Shown: positions 10,534-22,075 of the stretch, piece by piece | Numbering within the stretch: position 1 is the stretch's first letter | How the letters are laid out: each line of letters begins with the position of its first letter | DNA from: Myxococcota bacterium | GTDB taxonomy: Bacteria > Myxococcota_A > SURF-8 > G963663525 | Assembly (NCBI GenBank): GCA_963676915.2 | Contig: CAXXVK010000053.1 | Coordinates: forward strand, 134,746 to 198,745 | Length of the DNA: 64,000 nt | Direction: 5' to 3' | Translations under genes and position numbers: made by a program | Notes under the pieces: generated by a model | Databases searched by the model: none | Seen by the model: only the letters and a program-made list of their open reading frames with translations | Told to the model about the DNA's origin: nothing

Positions 10534-13500
10534 TTGTTTGGGACCAAGCGAATTTGGAAGAAAGTATCAGCACTAAGCTGGTTTTTTATTTTGACCCTGG
10601 CGGCTCTTTCATCCGCATGGGGTGCCGAGGTTTCCGGCAGAGTTTCGGAAACCGGGAGCGGAGGTTTACCCGGTATCGAGGTGAGGCTCTGGTTTTCCAC
10701 TGCCGACGGCTACGCCATTGCCCATTCGACCACGACCGACGCCAACGGCGACTATCGGTTTCCCTCCGTTTCGGAAGGCACCTACAAACTCGATAGCCAA
10801 ATGGTCTACCTCCCCGGTGGAGGCTCGAACAACTGGGTGCGAACCTGGTATGACGTGGAAACACCCGTCAACGATGGCCGAACCTTCGAAGAGGCGGACG
10901 AGATCGAGGTTTCGGCGACGGGCACCAACCTTTTCGATCTGCATATGGACGAAGGCGGTGGACTGGACGGTCGGGTACTGATCGATGCCGTGGCGACAGG
11001 AGGCATCAACGTTCGTGTCCAGCGCAAGGACGACGCCCGCGTTTACCTGCACCGCGTCACCGAGCAGCAATCGCCTTTGACCGGAAAATTCTTCTTTCGC
11101 GGTCTTCCGGCGGGAAATTACAGCGTTATCGTTCACGATCCCGAAGGCATCAAGGGTACGAGCGTGTTCGAGGGACCGTTCGTGGTGGCGGCGGGACTCA
11201 ATGGCTACACGGGAGATCTTTCCCCGGCCAATCTTCCCACCGATCCGAACGAGCCGAACAACTCGTTTTACCGGTCTACGAGCATCGACGTATCCGGCGT
11301 GCGGCAGTTTCCGCAGGTCGTGTGGGAATCGTCTTCGACAACCATTGCCCCCAAAACCGAAGATACCGACTTTTTCTGTTTCAACATGGTGGCGGGAGAT
11401 CGCTTCGAGATCCGCACCGAAACGCCGTTGACGGTCGATGGCCAGGAGATTTCCCATCCCTGGATGGACCCGGTCCTGGGGTTTTTCCGTATCACTGAAT
11501 ACCCTCTTTACAAAGACAACAATTCCGGTCCTGGCGGTCTCAACGCAAAGATCGATACCGGCGAGTTGACCGAGGATGGAGAATTCTGCGTGGCGGTCAG
11601 TACTTCGGGCGATCTGGACGATTTCGACGGCGTGGGCCAGACGGTCGCAGGTGCCTATACCCTGCACATCGAAATGGCCAACCGTGTTCCACGCCTGTCC
11701 GTGACCTATGGCGACGGAACCCCTACTCCCCAGCCCCCCGGCCTGATCGGAGTCAATGAAAACGATACGTTGGAGTTCCAACTGGCGTTCAGCGACCCGG
11801 ACCGGAACGCCTTGACCGTCGGTGCAACGTTGTTTGATTACGAAGGAAACGAAATCACACAAGGACTGGAATGGTCGGAAAACCTCGAAAGCGGCACCGC
11901 GACCCTTACATGGACGCTCGATGAGGCTGCCTCGATGGGCAGTCCGTACGAATTCCGCTTCATCGCCGATGACAGCGCGCTGAGCGCCATGGTGCAAGTG
12001 AACGTCCGGGTGTACGGAACCAATCTGGCTCCGACAACACCTGTTCTTGTATCGCCGGAACTCGGTTCCGAAGTTGCCACTTCGACTCCGTTTTTAAAGC
12101 TAGCCAACTCCAGTGATCCAGACGACGACGAGCTGCTGTACTCGTTCGAAATCTATTACGACGAAAACCCGCTGGCCGACCCGAACGCCGTAATTCAGCA
12201 AATCGGTCTCGCACCGGAAAATCCGTCGGGAGAAACGAGCTGGCAACCGGCGGAACTCCCTGAAAATACCTGGATATATTGGCGTGCCCGTGCCGATGAT
12301 CGGCAGTTGTCCAATTCTTTCAGCGCTTGGACATTGCCCGGACGCTTTTTCGTCAACTCGACCAACGACGCTCCCGTGCCGCCGGAAATTCTCGAACCGG
12401 CCTTCAACGAAGTGATTTATTCGCGTAACGTCACTCTGGAAGCGCAAAATACGGTCGATCCCGAAGGGGACGACGTAACAGTGGTTTTCCAGGTGGCATC
12501 GGACGACCTGTTCATGGATATCGTGACCGAAAGCCCGGAGATGGAACAGGATACATTGTCCGGCAGAACGCTGTGGGCTCTCGATACGAAATTGGATTGG
12601 GGCACGACCTATTACGCCCGTTGTATGGGTATCGACAGCCATGGAGCCGTTGGCGAAGCAAGCCACACCGTGCGGTTTTCGATCGCTCCCAACATCGTTC
12701 CCGACGCTCCCACCTTGGGTGAACCCTTCGATAGCCAGTGCGAAGAGTACATTTACCGGTTTGCACGCCCCGAAGCTTTTGAAGTGGTCAACGTGATCGA
12801 TCCGGGAGAAGACACCGTCTATTATCATCTCCAGGTTTTCGATTTCGACGACCTCCCCGACTACCCCACGACGGTGCCCGTTGTCGATGCGTTGTATGCT
12901 TCCGCGCTATCACCCGCTGAAACAACCTCATTACCCGTAGATCCGGAACTTTTCGAGGAAAACGCGCACTACCGCATTCGCGTGCGCGCCTGGGACGAAT
13001 ACGGCTACACGCCGTTTTCGGAGTGTGATTTTTTCATCAACCTTACCGATGAGCCTCCGCTACCGGTGACGGTGCTGTCACCCGAGGAAGGCGCTGTGTT
13101 CCCGACCTCTACCACCGCAGTCACCGTCGTGGTGCAAAACACCTCCGATCCAGACCAGCATCTGTTCGATGACGAAGACGGGGTGAAGATTTCTTACTGC
13201 TACGATCACGAACCGTTCCCCAACGGCTGCGACAACGGAAACCTCAGTTGGACCGACATTCCGCAATCCTCCGCACTTACCGAAGAGTCGACGAGTTTTA
13301 TCATCGGCGGACTTGCACGAGGTAGCCGAGTGTACCTGAAAGTGTGCGGTTTGCACCGAAGTTGCGGTGAAACGACCGAACGTGCGTTTCGTGTCAACGA
13401 CAACCTGCCTCCGGCGCGACCCACCATCTTTTTCCCGCGAGAAGGCTATATCACCGACGTGTTGCGCATCTCGACTTTCGGTCACTCCAACGGCGATCCC

Positions 13501-16500
13501 GACGAGGATTTCGTCGAACTGGGACAGTACGAGCTGTCGAACCAGGAAGATTTCGGCACCGTCCTGGCCTCTTCCAGTTGGATGGAGCGCGAGTGGGTGG
13601 AGACGATGAACGACTGGGGTTTCTACTGGGAACCGCCCATCACCCTAGTCTACAACCAAGACTACTGGATTCGCTTCCGTACCCGAGATCTACCGCCCAG
13701 CGGTATTTCTCCCAGCGAAAGCGAATGGAGCGTCGTGCATTTTTCGACCGTAGAAGCCAACTCCCCGCCTCTCCCCCCCGAGATTCTCGCTCCACTGGAC
13801 GGCGAATTGCTGGAAGGGTTGACGCTTGTGGCCGAAGCACGTCCTTTGAGCGACCCCAACGAGGACGAAATCAACGGCCTGTTTTTCGAGCTTTCCGACG
13901 ATGAAACGTTCGAAACGTCTTTGCAAAATTCCGGTTGGCTGACCGAACGAACTCCCGAAGGTACTCTGCAATGGAATATCACCGGGCTGGAAATCGGCAC
14001 CCGTTACTGGATTCGCGTCAAGAGCCGGGATGTCGGCTGGCTGGACGAAAGCGCCTGGTCCAAGGTCGGGTTTCTGTCCCGCTCTACGAACTCCGCTCCG
14101 ACCACACCGGTCTGGATCACGCCACCGCCGGATCAGGGCGACAGTTTCCGCTCGTTCCCTGTGGAAATCATCTGGCAGTCTTCGACCGATGCCGACGGCG
14201 ACAAGATTTTCTATACCGTCGAATTGTCCCGTATCGTGGATTTCCGTAACGGGTCGGTCGTTTCCCTGGTCGAAGACATGGACGACAACGAGTTTCCCGG
14301 ACCTTTCAAAACCTTCATTCTTACCGAGGATGACGCCGGAGCCATTCAGGATCTACCATTTTACCTGCGCGTTCGCGCACGAGACGAACTGGGCAGTCAG
14401 TCGGATTGGGCCTATACCCGGACGTTGATCAACACCAGCAACCGCGCTCCCGAACTAGTCGATGTCCAAGTCCTTCCGACTCCGGCTTATAGCCATAACG
14501 ACCTGATCGCCACCGCCACGAGCATCGACCCGGACGGCGATTTGCTCAACGGAAGCTGGCGTTGGTGGCGTTTCACTGAAGGAATCTGGACCGAGCACGG
14601 AAATACCTCGCAAGTGCTGGCTTCCTCCCAGACGCTACCCGGCGATTTGTGGAAAGTCGACTATACGGTGGACGACGGCTTGCGGACAATCGGTCCGGTG
14701 GAGTCCTCGCTCATTGAAGTGCTGGATTACTGTGAGGATTTCAATCCCTGCACTCACAATATCTGGACGCCGGACGGCTGCTCCAACCGCGCTTTCGACA
14801 ATGGTTCTCAATGCGATGTCGATGGCAAAGACGGCATGTGCACCGACGGCGTATGCCTGACGAATCGCGGACCGGCCTGCAACAAGCCTTTCGACATTTC
14901 GGTGGGAATCCCCCATCGGGATCATTGGCTCGTCAACAGCGCATTTTTGGGCAAAGAATGCCTCGGAGCCGAGCGCATCGGTCCGGACTTCTTCTTTCAA
15001 TTCAATCCCTTAGCAGATATCACCTACCGGGTAACAATTGAGACGACCACCGGAACCTCCGCAATAGCCCTGGCCTACCTGGAAACCTGTAATCTGTTGC
15101 CGGGGTGTTCCGATCACGCCCAGACAACCGAGGGAGAAACCTCCGTGTCGATGGACATTTCCTCCGGTGATGCGGAGCCGCTGTTGTTCCTTGCGACTAT
15201 CGAGGATACCGGCCTGTACGACAACCTGCCGATTCGGGTGGATGTACAACCCATCTGTACCACGGACGAAGACTGCTACGACGGTATCGACTGCACAGCC
15301 GAAACCTGTACCGCCGAGGGTGTTTGCAGCTACTTGCCAAATGATGAGACTTGCTCCGACGATATCTATTGCAACGGTGCGGAACGATGTCTGCCGTTTG
15401 TAGGCTGTACCTCCAGTGACGAGGTGGATTGCAACGACGGTATCGATTGCACCACAGACGCCTGCGACGAAGAAGCACAGCAATGCACGCACGAGGCGAA
15501 CGATGCCCTCTGCGACGATACATTTGATTGCAACGGTGTGGAAACCTGTGAACTATCAACGGGTTGCATTCGTGGCGACGCCCCGGATTGCAGCGACGAC
15601 GTAGAGTGCACCGTAGACCGTTGCGAGGAAACCAGCAGCGGTCCGTCGTGTGTCCACATTCCGTTCCATTACAGTTGCGACGATCACGAAATGTGCACCG
15701 AAGATATCTGTCTGCCGGGTGAGGACGGCGGCTGCATCAACATCGACCGACCGGACGACACCGGCTGCACCAGCGGCTCGTTGACGTCGCTGACCCCGGG
15801 AGTCTGCCGGACGGGAACCTGCATCGTGAACTGCACCACCGACGAGGAATGCAACGATGCCATTCCCTGCACCATGGATCGCTGCAAAACGGACCATACC
15901 TGCGAAAACGTGCCCAGTCACGCCTTGTGCGACAACGACCGCACCTGCGACGGAATCGAGCAATGCGTCCCGTTGATCGGCTGCATCTCGGGCCAGAGCA
16001 TCGATTGCGACGATGGCATCGCCTGTACCGAGGACGAATGCAGCGAATCGCTCAACCGTTGCGTTCACTATCCCAGGGATCTGGCCTGTTCCAACGGAAA
16101 AAGCTGCGACGGGCGGGAAATCTGCGACCGTGAAACCGGTTGCCAGACGATTTCCGTTCCCGATTGCAACGACAATATCGGCTGCACGCTGGACGGCTGT
16201 ATGGAAAGCCCTACCGGCCCGCTATGCCTGCACGAAGTGGAAAACACTAATCTTTGCGACGACGACAAGCGCTGCACTTTCGACCGCTGCAACCCGGATT
16301 CCGGCTGCGAAAACGTCGATATTCCCGACGGCGCCAGTTGCGACGACGGCGACCAATGCAACGGAATCGATACCTGTTATAGCGGTGTCTGCCGGGCGGG
16401 AGATCCTCCCGACTGCGAAGACGACGACCCCTGCACGATGACCGGTTGCAGTGCGTCTCGTGGCTGTTTTGGCATGGTGGCCGAGGATTGGAGTTCCTGC

Positions 16501-17208
16501 GGCGAAAACCTGGCCTGTTTCGACGGTATCTGTACCCCGATTCACGAAACGGACAACTGCGAAGATGCCAAAACGCTCGAAATCGGTGAAGAATGGATCG
16601 TTCAGAGTTATACCGCGCATTCTTACGCCGATCCCCACGAGTACGAATGCCTGCTACCGCCGGTATCGGGTAGCGACTTCTTCTTCCGCATGGAACTGGA
16701 GGCCGGTGGAAACGGATACGAAATCACCATCGTTCCGGTCAATGGCGACAGCATGGACCTTGCGCTCGTGCTCTGGGAGCAAAACTGCCCCGGAGACGAA
16801 GGGGAGTGTTTTAAAGCCTACCGCCACGAAGGAACGCAGCTTCTGGCCGTCCTTCCTCCCCTGACGCGCCCTCTGACCCTGGTGGGACAGGTGGTGATTC
16901 CTTCTCCCAACCTGCAATCCAAAAGCGATTTGTCGATTCTTATCGAAACCTCCCAAGCCGAAATCGATGGCGACGATGACGCCGACAATGACCTCGATGT
17001 GGAGCCAATCGAGCAGGAATCCAGCGAAAACCCAAGCGAAATCGGCACGGAAAACGAGTGGGAAACGGACCAGGAAAAAACCAAGAAGAAAAACGACGAC
17101 TTCCTGGGCCTCGGCTGCGGAAAATGTCCACCACCTATCGAAGGGGCGGGAATGGTTCTGATGGTGCTGGGGCTTGCGTTTGTAAGACGGTTTCGGGAAA
17201 GTTTCTGA
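10534..17208 (+). CDS. Giant (2224 aa) surface protein: carboxypeptidase-regulatory/PPC-like domains, Ig/FN3-like repeats, Cys-rich repeats, MYXO-CTERM-like anchor
   Basis: Signal peptide ending in AWG-A; repeated N.AP..P....P and SDPD.D motifs; many CxDxxxCTxDxC repeats; C-terminal GCG, transmembrane helix and RR. Confidence 0.85.
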   Translation: MFGTKRIWKKVSALSWFFILTLAALSSAWGAEVSGRVSETGSGGLPGIEVRLWFSTADGYAIAHSTTTDANGDYRFPSVSEGTYKLDSQMVYLPGGGSNNWVRTWYDVETPVNDGRTFEEADEIEVSATGTNLFDLHMDEGGGLDGRVLIDAVATGGINVRVQRKDDARVYLHRVTEQQSPLTGKFFFRGLPAGNYSVIVHDPEGIKGTSVFEGPFVVAAGLNGYTGDLSPANLPTDPNEPNNSFYRSTSIDVSGVRQFPQVVWESSSTTIAPKTEDTDFFCFNMVAGDRFEIRTETPLTVDGQEISHPWMDPVLGFFRITEYPLYKDNNSGPGGLNAKIDTGELTEDGEFCVAVSTSGDLDDFDGVGQTVAGAYTLHIEMANRVPRLSVTYGDGTPTPQPPGLIGVNENDTLEFQLAFSDPDRNALTVGATLFDYEGNEITQGLEWSENLESGTATLTWTLDEAASMGSPYEFRFIADDSALSAMVQVNVRVYGTNLAPTTPVLVSPELGSEVATSTPFLKLANSSDPDDDELLYSFEIYYDENPLADPNAVIQQIGLAPENPSGETSWQPAELPENTWIYWRARADDRQLSNSFSAWTLPGRFFVNSTNDAPVPPEILEPAFNEVIYSRNVTLEAQNTVDPEGDDVTVVFQVASDDLFMDIVTESPEMEQDTLSGRTLWALDTKLDWGTTYYARCMGIDSHGAVGEASHTVRFSIAPNIVPDAPTLGEPFDSQCEEYIYRFARPEAFEVVNVIDPGEDTVYYHLQVFDFDDLPDYPTTVPVVDALYASALSPAETTSLPVDPELFEENAHYRIRVRAWDEYGYTPFSECDFFINLTDEPPLPVTVLSPEEGAVFPTSTTAVTVVVQNTSDPDQHLFDDEDGVKISYCYDHEPFPNGCDNGNLSWTDIPQSSALTEESTSFIIGGLARGSRVYLKVCGLHRSCGETTERAFRVNDNLPPARPTIFFPREGYITDVLRISTFGHSNGDPDEDFVELGQYELSNQEDFGTVLASSSWMEREWVETMNDWGFYWEPPITLVYNQDYWIRFRTRDLPPSGISPSESEWSVVHFSTVEANSPPLPPEILAPLDGELLEGLTLVAEARPLSDPNEDEINGLFFELSDDETFETSLQNSGWLTERTPEGTLQWNITGLEIGTRYWIRVKSRDVGWLDESAWSKVGFLSRSTNSAPTTPVWITPPPDQGDSFRSFPVEIIWQSSTDADGDKIFYTVELSRIVDFRNGSVVSLVEDMDDNEFPGPFKTFILTEDDAGAIQDLPFYLRVRARDELGSQSDWAYTRTLINTSNRAPELVDVQVLPTPAYSHNDLIATATSIDPDGDLLNGSWRWWRFTEGIWTEHGNTSQVLASSQTLPGDLWKVDYTVDDGLRTIGPVESSLIEVLDYCEDFNPCTHNIWTPDGCSNRAFDNGSQCDVDGKDGMCTDGVCLTNRGPACNKPFDISVGIPHRDHWLVNSAFLGKECLGAERIGPDFFFQFNPLADITYRVTIETTTGTSAIALAYLETCNLLPGCSDHAQTTEGETSVSMDISSGDAEPLLFLATIEDTGLYDNLPIRVDVQPICTTDEDCYDGIDCTAETCTAEGVCSYLPNDETCSDDIYCNGAERCLPFVGCTSSDEVDCNDGIDCTTDACDEEAQQCTHEANDALCDDTFDCNGVETCELSTGCIRGDAPDCSDDVECTVDRCEETSSGPSCVHIPFHYSCDDHEMCTEDICLPGEDGGCINIDRPDDTGCTSGSLTSLTPGVCRTGTCIVNCTTDEECNDAIPCTMDRCKTDHTCENVPSHALCDNDRTCDGIEQCVPLIGCISGQSIDCDDGIACTEDECSESLNRCVHYPRDLACSNGKSCDGREICDRETGCQTISVPDCNDNIGCTLDGCMESPTGPLCLHEVENTNLCDDDKRCTFDRCNPDSGCENVDIPDGASCDDGDQCNGIDTCYSGVCRAGDPPDCEDDDPCTMTGCSASRGCFGMVAEDWSSCGENLACFDGICTPIHETDNCEDAKTLEIGEEWIVQSYTAHSYADPHEYECLLPPVSGSDFFFRMELEAGGNGYEITIVPVNGDSMDLALVLWEQNCPGDEGECFKAYRHEGTQLLAVLPPLTRPLTLVGQVVIPSPNLQSKSDLSILIETSQAEIDGDDDADNDLDVEPIEQESSENPSEIGTENEWETDQEKTKKKNDDFLGLGCGKCPPPIEGAGMVLMVLGLAFVRRFRESF

Positions 17209-17317
17209 AAATCATCGAATGATTTTTCGGACATTTGAATAATAAATATTCTTTTTATACTTACAGAAAAGTATAATGCCATTTCTGATGCGATAGCTAA
17301 TTGGATGAGGTTATTTC

Positions 17318-18648
17318 ATGACTCAGTATGATGTAATGCAAGTTTGCACTAATGGTCATATGATTACAAGTACATTGGGATCACATCCTGAAAATGGAAT
17401 GTCGTACTGTGACAAATGTGGCGCACAAACCATTTCGACCTGCCCTGAATGCAATACAAACATCAAAGGAGAAAGCACTTATGAGAATGTACTGGTAATT
17501 TCTGCAACAGCAATTCCCATTCCACAATTTTGTCATCATTGTGGTCATCCTTATCCATGGGCTAACAAAGTGGATCAAAAAGAAAAAAATTCTATTTCAC
17601 CATTGGAACGCGTAAAATTTTTTCTTAGGCGTTTTCATCTATTCACAAAACCTCTAAGGGAAAGACAGCATAGACGCAATATATTCAAAATCGAAAATGA
17701 ATACGATGTCCAAGACCTTCTTCATGCTATACTTAAACTGCATTTTGATGATATTCGTCCTGAAGAATTTACCTCCAGTTATGCAGGAAAGTCTTCACGG
17801 ATGGATTTTTTATTAAAGGATGAAAAGATCGTAATTGAAGCGAAAATGACAAGAGAAGGCTTGAAAGACGGTGAAGTCGGAACTCAATTGATAGACGATA
17901 TTGCGAGATACAAAACCTCACCAGATTGTCAATCTCTGGTTTGCTTTGTCTACGATCCCGAAGGCTTGATTCGAAATCCAACAGCTCTTGAAAATGATTT
18001 GTCGAAAGAAGAAGATGGAGTCAACGACCCTCGCCTAAAGGCGAGGGCTTGAAGATAGAAGCTGAACGACGACTAAAGTCATCGCTCATCTTCTCCCTCG
18101 ACCCGAAAGTTTTTACCTCCATCCGAAGGAGAGCCCTTCTCCTGCATTCGGATGTATTCCATAATCACTTCATCCGTTACGTTCCCACTGCTGGCCACAA
18201 AATATCCGCGAGCCCAAAGATGCCGTCCCCAAAAGGCTTTCTGGATGTGACGAAACTCCATCATCAACTTTCGTGACGTTTTGCCTTTGATCAACTGCAT
18301 GATCTTGCTCGCCGATAGATTCGGAGGACAAGAGACGAAAAGATGCACATGATCCTTTGATACGTGACCCTCTAAAATTTCTATCTCATTCGCTTTGCAA
18401 ATTTCGATGACCAATTCCCGAAGTCGAAGCCCTACTGCTCCACCCAAAACAGCCTTCCGGTATTTCGTAATCCACACAAAATGGTACTTCAGATCGAATC
18501 GCGTATGCGCACTTGTTCGGTAATTTTCCATGCCTCATAGTAGCAACACACCAAGAGAAAACCTAAAGGTTTCGCCTAAAGGCGAGGGATTTAAACCCAT
18601 CGTGGGACATTAAATGTTGTCGTTTTGATTGTCCCGAAAGGAACTTGA
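17318..18648 (+). CDS. Zn-ribbon (DUF2321-like) fused to a DpnII/MboI-like PD-(D/E)XK nuclease domain; 3' end interrupted by IS200
   Basis: VCTNGH, CDKCG, CPEC, CHHCGHPYPW; NEYDVQDLL..RPEE..SRMDFLL..IVIEAK; removing the IS restores ...EEDG-LNVVVLIVPKGT* (246 aa); low GC. Confidence 0.75.
18020..18609 (-). mobile_element. IS200/IS605-family tnpA-only element, copy 1 (590 bp)
   Basis: Same sequence as 47640-48229; subterminal hairpins (CCCTCGCCTAAAGGCGAGGG and TCGCCTAAAGGCGA); no target duplication; both copies abut TTAAA. Confidence 0.92.
18079..18531 (-). CDS. tnpA: IS200 Y1 (HUH) transposase
   Basis: YHFVWITKYR, DHVHL (HUH), LWARGYF, catalytic Tyr in EYIRMQ. Confidence 0.95.
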   Translation of the reverse strand: MENYRTSAHTRFDLKYHFVWITKYRKAVLGGAVGLRLRELVIEICKANEIEILEGHVSKDHVHLFVSCPPNLSASKIMQLIKGKTSRKLMMEFRHIQKAFWGRHLWARGYFVASSGNVTDEVIMEYIRMQEKGSPSDGGKNFRVEGEDER

Positions 18649-18652
18649 CATC

Positions 18653-18692
18653 CATAGAAGGAGCAAAATCGCATCCTGCTCCTCACGTTTGT
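18653..18692 (+). repeat. 40-bp palindromic repeat family 2
   Basis: 36/40 identical to 20561-20600; related inverted copy near 35632-35665. Confidence 0.75.
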
Positions 18693-18933
18693 CCTTTAAA
18701 AAGAAACATATGAGCAAAGAAAAACAGCCAGGAAATGGATGAACTTTTTGCAGTTTTATATTTGTGCTTTTGGCTGTTGATTTTTGTTGTTTCTTTGGTT
18801 CTATTAACAGCTAAAGTCAAACAATTCTCAATCTTAAAGCAAGAATATAGATCTTTTCTTTTCATCCCCTGGAAAACACTGACTTTTCTTTTTGCGGCTG
18901 TTGGCCTTAACGCTGTAGCGACTGTGATTGAAG

Positions 18934-20038
<1,105 letters not shown>

Positions 20039-20560
20039 ACCATTTTACCACAACAAACACCTGAAAACTGACACAATAAAGATCATACAAGGTCCGTTTA
20101 CCGGTGATCCAACGTGGGACTTTGCCACCGCAAGTTTCATGTCCGTATTCACGTTCTTGACTGCCCCCTGGACGGTCGGGACTCTATACAGGTCACTACG
20201 TGGCAAAGAAGGGTTCTTGCAAGTCTACGTAGCGATTTGCCTTTGGCTGTTTTCTGCAAGTTGGTCTTATGATCTTTACTTACTAATCCGCGATGGTTAT
20301 TACCCTGTAACGTGGTCATCCAATTTACTTGCAAGCTCCATACTGTACTTGTGCGCAGGACTGTTTTGGAATCTTACATTTAAGTCGGGTAGAGGTGTCC
20401 ACTTCGCTTTCACCGAACAAGGTTGGCCACAAATGGAATCCGAACAAGCATTCCATCGCGTTTTCTGGTACGCTTTGCCATTCATGATTCTTGTTTCTGC
20501 AATGATTTTGTATTTTCTGCTTCCTGTTCGGTGGCAGTAATCACAGGTCGGGTCGTTTGC

Positions 20561-20600
20561 CATAGAAGGAGATGGATCGCATCCTGCTCCTCACGTTTGT
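20561..20600 (+). repeat. 40-bp palindromic repeat family 2, second copy
   Basis: Direct repeat of 18653-18692. Confidence 0.75.
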
Positions 20601-20680
20601 GCTTTAAGAAAACTTGGGGCTGGGAATACAATCCCCGTCCATCGAGGTCGCTTCCCCCGTTATTCCCTAAACATTCCCCC

Positions 20681-21190
20681 CTAAAACATACCCTGGCAGA
20701 CTTTCAGGGTCGGGACGAGAAACACCAGCGTCAAAGCAATGCGCGCCAACGGATGTCCCAAAAAATCCCTCTGCGGACGAATCCACAACAACAACAATCC
20801 CAGGGGGGAGGCGGTGACCAGAAGAAACAGCACGAAGATCGGATGAAAGAAGAAAATGGGTTTCGTTTCGGCACGTTCGGGAACCGGACGCGGGCTGTAA
20901 GTTTTACCGGAAGACGGAGGCGTTTGGCTGCGGGGTTGCGACCGCGTCGGTGCAGGTGAAGATTGCACCGGTCTTGGAACTTTGGACTGTTTATAGCGGC
21001 TAGAATTTTCCCAATCATCCGGGCTTTGGCCTCGCACGATCGCGGCCACGGTGGTCCACTCGTTGTACAGGGAATTCCAGGCTTTGGCGTCGGAGCGCAG
21101 TTTTCCCCAACGAAGCCAGCGTCGAACTTCCGAACGCTCCTTGAACTGGATCTCCCCTTGCTCGGTCGAAATCACCCACATGAGACACAA
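20681..21190 (-). CDS. Hypothetical membrane protein with GYF_2-like N-terminal domain
   Basis: EVRRWLRWGKLRSDAKAW...EW pattern, Pro-rich linker, two C-terminal TM segments. Confidence 0.55.
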   Translation of the reverse strand: MCLMWVISTEQGEIQFKERSEVRRWLRWGKLRSDAKAWNSLYNEWTTVAAIVRGQSPDDWENSSRYKQSKVPRPVQSSPAPTRSQPRSQTPPSSGKTYSPRPVPERAETKPIFFFHPIFVLFLLVTASPLGLLLLWIRPQRDFLGHPLARIALTLVFLVPTLKVCQGMF

Positions 21191-21245
21191 ACTTCCGATC
21201 TTCGAGGTTTTCGCTTTCTAGCCTTCTGAAAGTACAAACTTATCC

Positions 21246-21272
21246 AGGTCGGGCTAAAAAGTAGTCCGACCT
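21246..21272. repeat. REP-like palindrome family 1 copy
   Basis: AGGTCGGGCTA-AAAAG-TAGTCCGACCT, 10/11 paired. Confidence 0.55.
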
Positions 21273-21346
21273 ATTCGTAACTATGGCATACGGTGTTTGC
21301 CAAAGGCCACCAAAAACGTTCTGATTTATGCAAGAAACTCCAATTT

Positions 21347-22075
21347 TCACGAAATGTCGGCAAATAATCTGGTATTCGTCAAAACATCCCGCCAGTGTCC
21401 GGCAATGGCCGAGGGGTTCCCAGCCTCGTTGGCCGGAATACGGGGAATCGGTCCTATGACCTTCACCCGCCCGAACGTTTCGATTTCCATGGGGTTGAGC
21501 GGCTCGTCCGGTCCCGGCTCTCCCTCGCTGCCGATCAGCACCACCGCCAGCGGCACCAGTCCCCGGTTCCGTAAAGCTTCCAAGGATAGCAGCGTGTGAT
21601 TGATCGTCCCCAGTGAGGCATGAGCGACCAGCAGCACGGGAGCGTGCAGACGAGCGGCGAGGTCGGTCATCATGCCGTCCGACGTTGCCGGAACCAGCAG
21701 GCCGCCCGCGCCTTCCACGAGAGTCAGAGTGTGATTTCGGGCGATATCCTGCACGGCTTCCACCACCTCGTCGAGCGTGGTTTCCCGCTTCTCGATTCGA
21801 GCCGCGACGGCAGGAGCCAGAGGGAGCCGGTAACGAAACGGGCAGATCGCGTCAAGCGGATCTTCCGAGCGTGCCGCACGTTTCAGCAACGTCGCGTCGG
21901 CAGGTAACAACCCGTCCTCGGTTTGTTCGCAGCCCGACTCCAGCGGCTTGGCTACGCCGACATCCACGCCGGAATCGGCAAGGAGGCGCGCAAGTCCCGT
22001 GGTGAATACGGTTTTTCCTACATCGGTACCGGTCCCACTGACGAAAACGATGGGATATTTTCCGCGTACTGGCAT
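21347..22075 (-). CDS. bioD: Dethiobiotin synthase
   Basis: FVSGTGTDVGKT, KPLESG, VEGAGGLLVP, LGTINHTLLS. Confidence 0.95.
   Translation of the reverse strand: MPVRGKYPIVFVSGTGTDVGKTVFTTGLARLLADSGVDVGVAKPLESGCEQTEDGLLPADATLLKRAARSEDPLDAICPFRYRLPLAPAVAARIEKRETTLDEVVEAVQDIARNHTLTLVEGAGGLLVPATSDGMMTDLAARLHAPVLLVAHASLGTINHTLLSLEALRNRGLVPLAVVLIGSEGEPGPDEPLNPMEIETFGRVKVIGPIPRIPANEAGNPSAIAGHWRDVLTNTRLFADIS

Noticed and set aside
15250-16560. Periodic TGC-GAC-GAC DNA repeats
   Set aside because: Explained by the encoded Cys/Asp protein repeats; no fixed DNA unit or spacers
18020-18078. Full omega/HEARO RNA in the IS200 end
   Set aside because: Only about 60 nt lie between the end and the tnpA stop, and there is no iscB or tnpB; it is just the terminal hairpin
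18653-18692. Integron attC site
   Set aside because: Too short, lacks RYYYAAC/GTTRRRY boxes, and there is no integron integrase in the window
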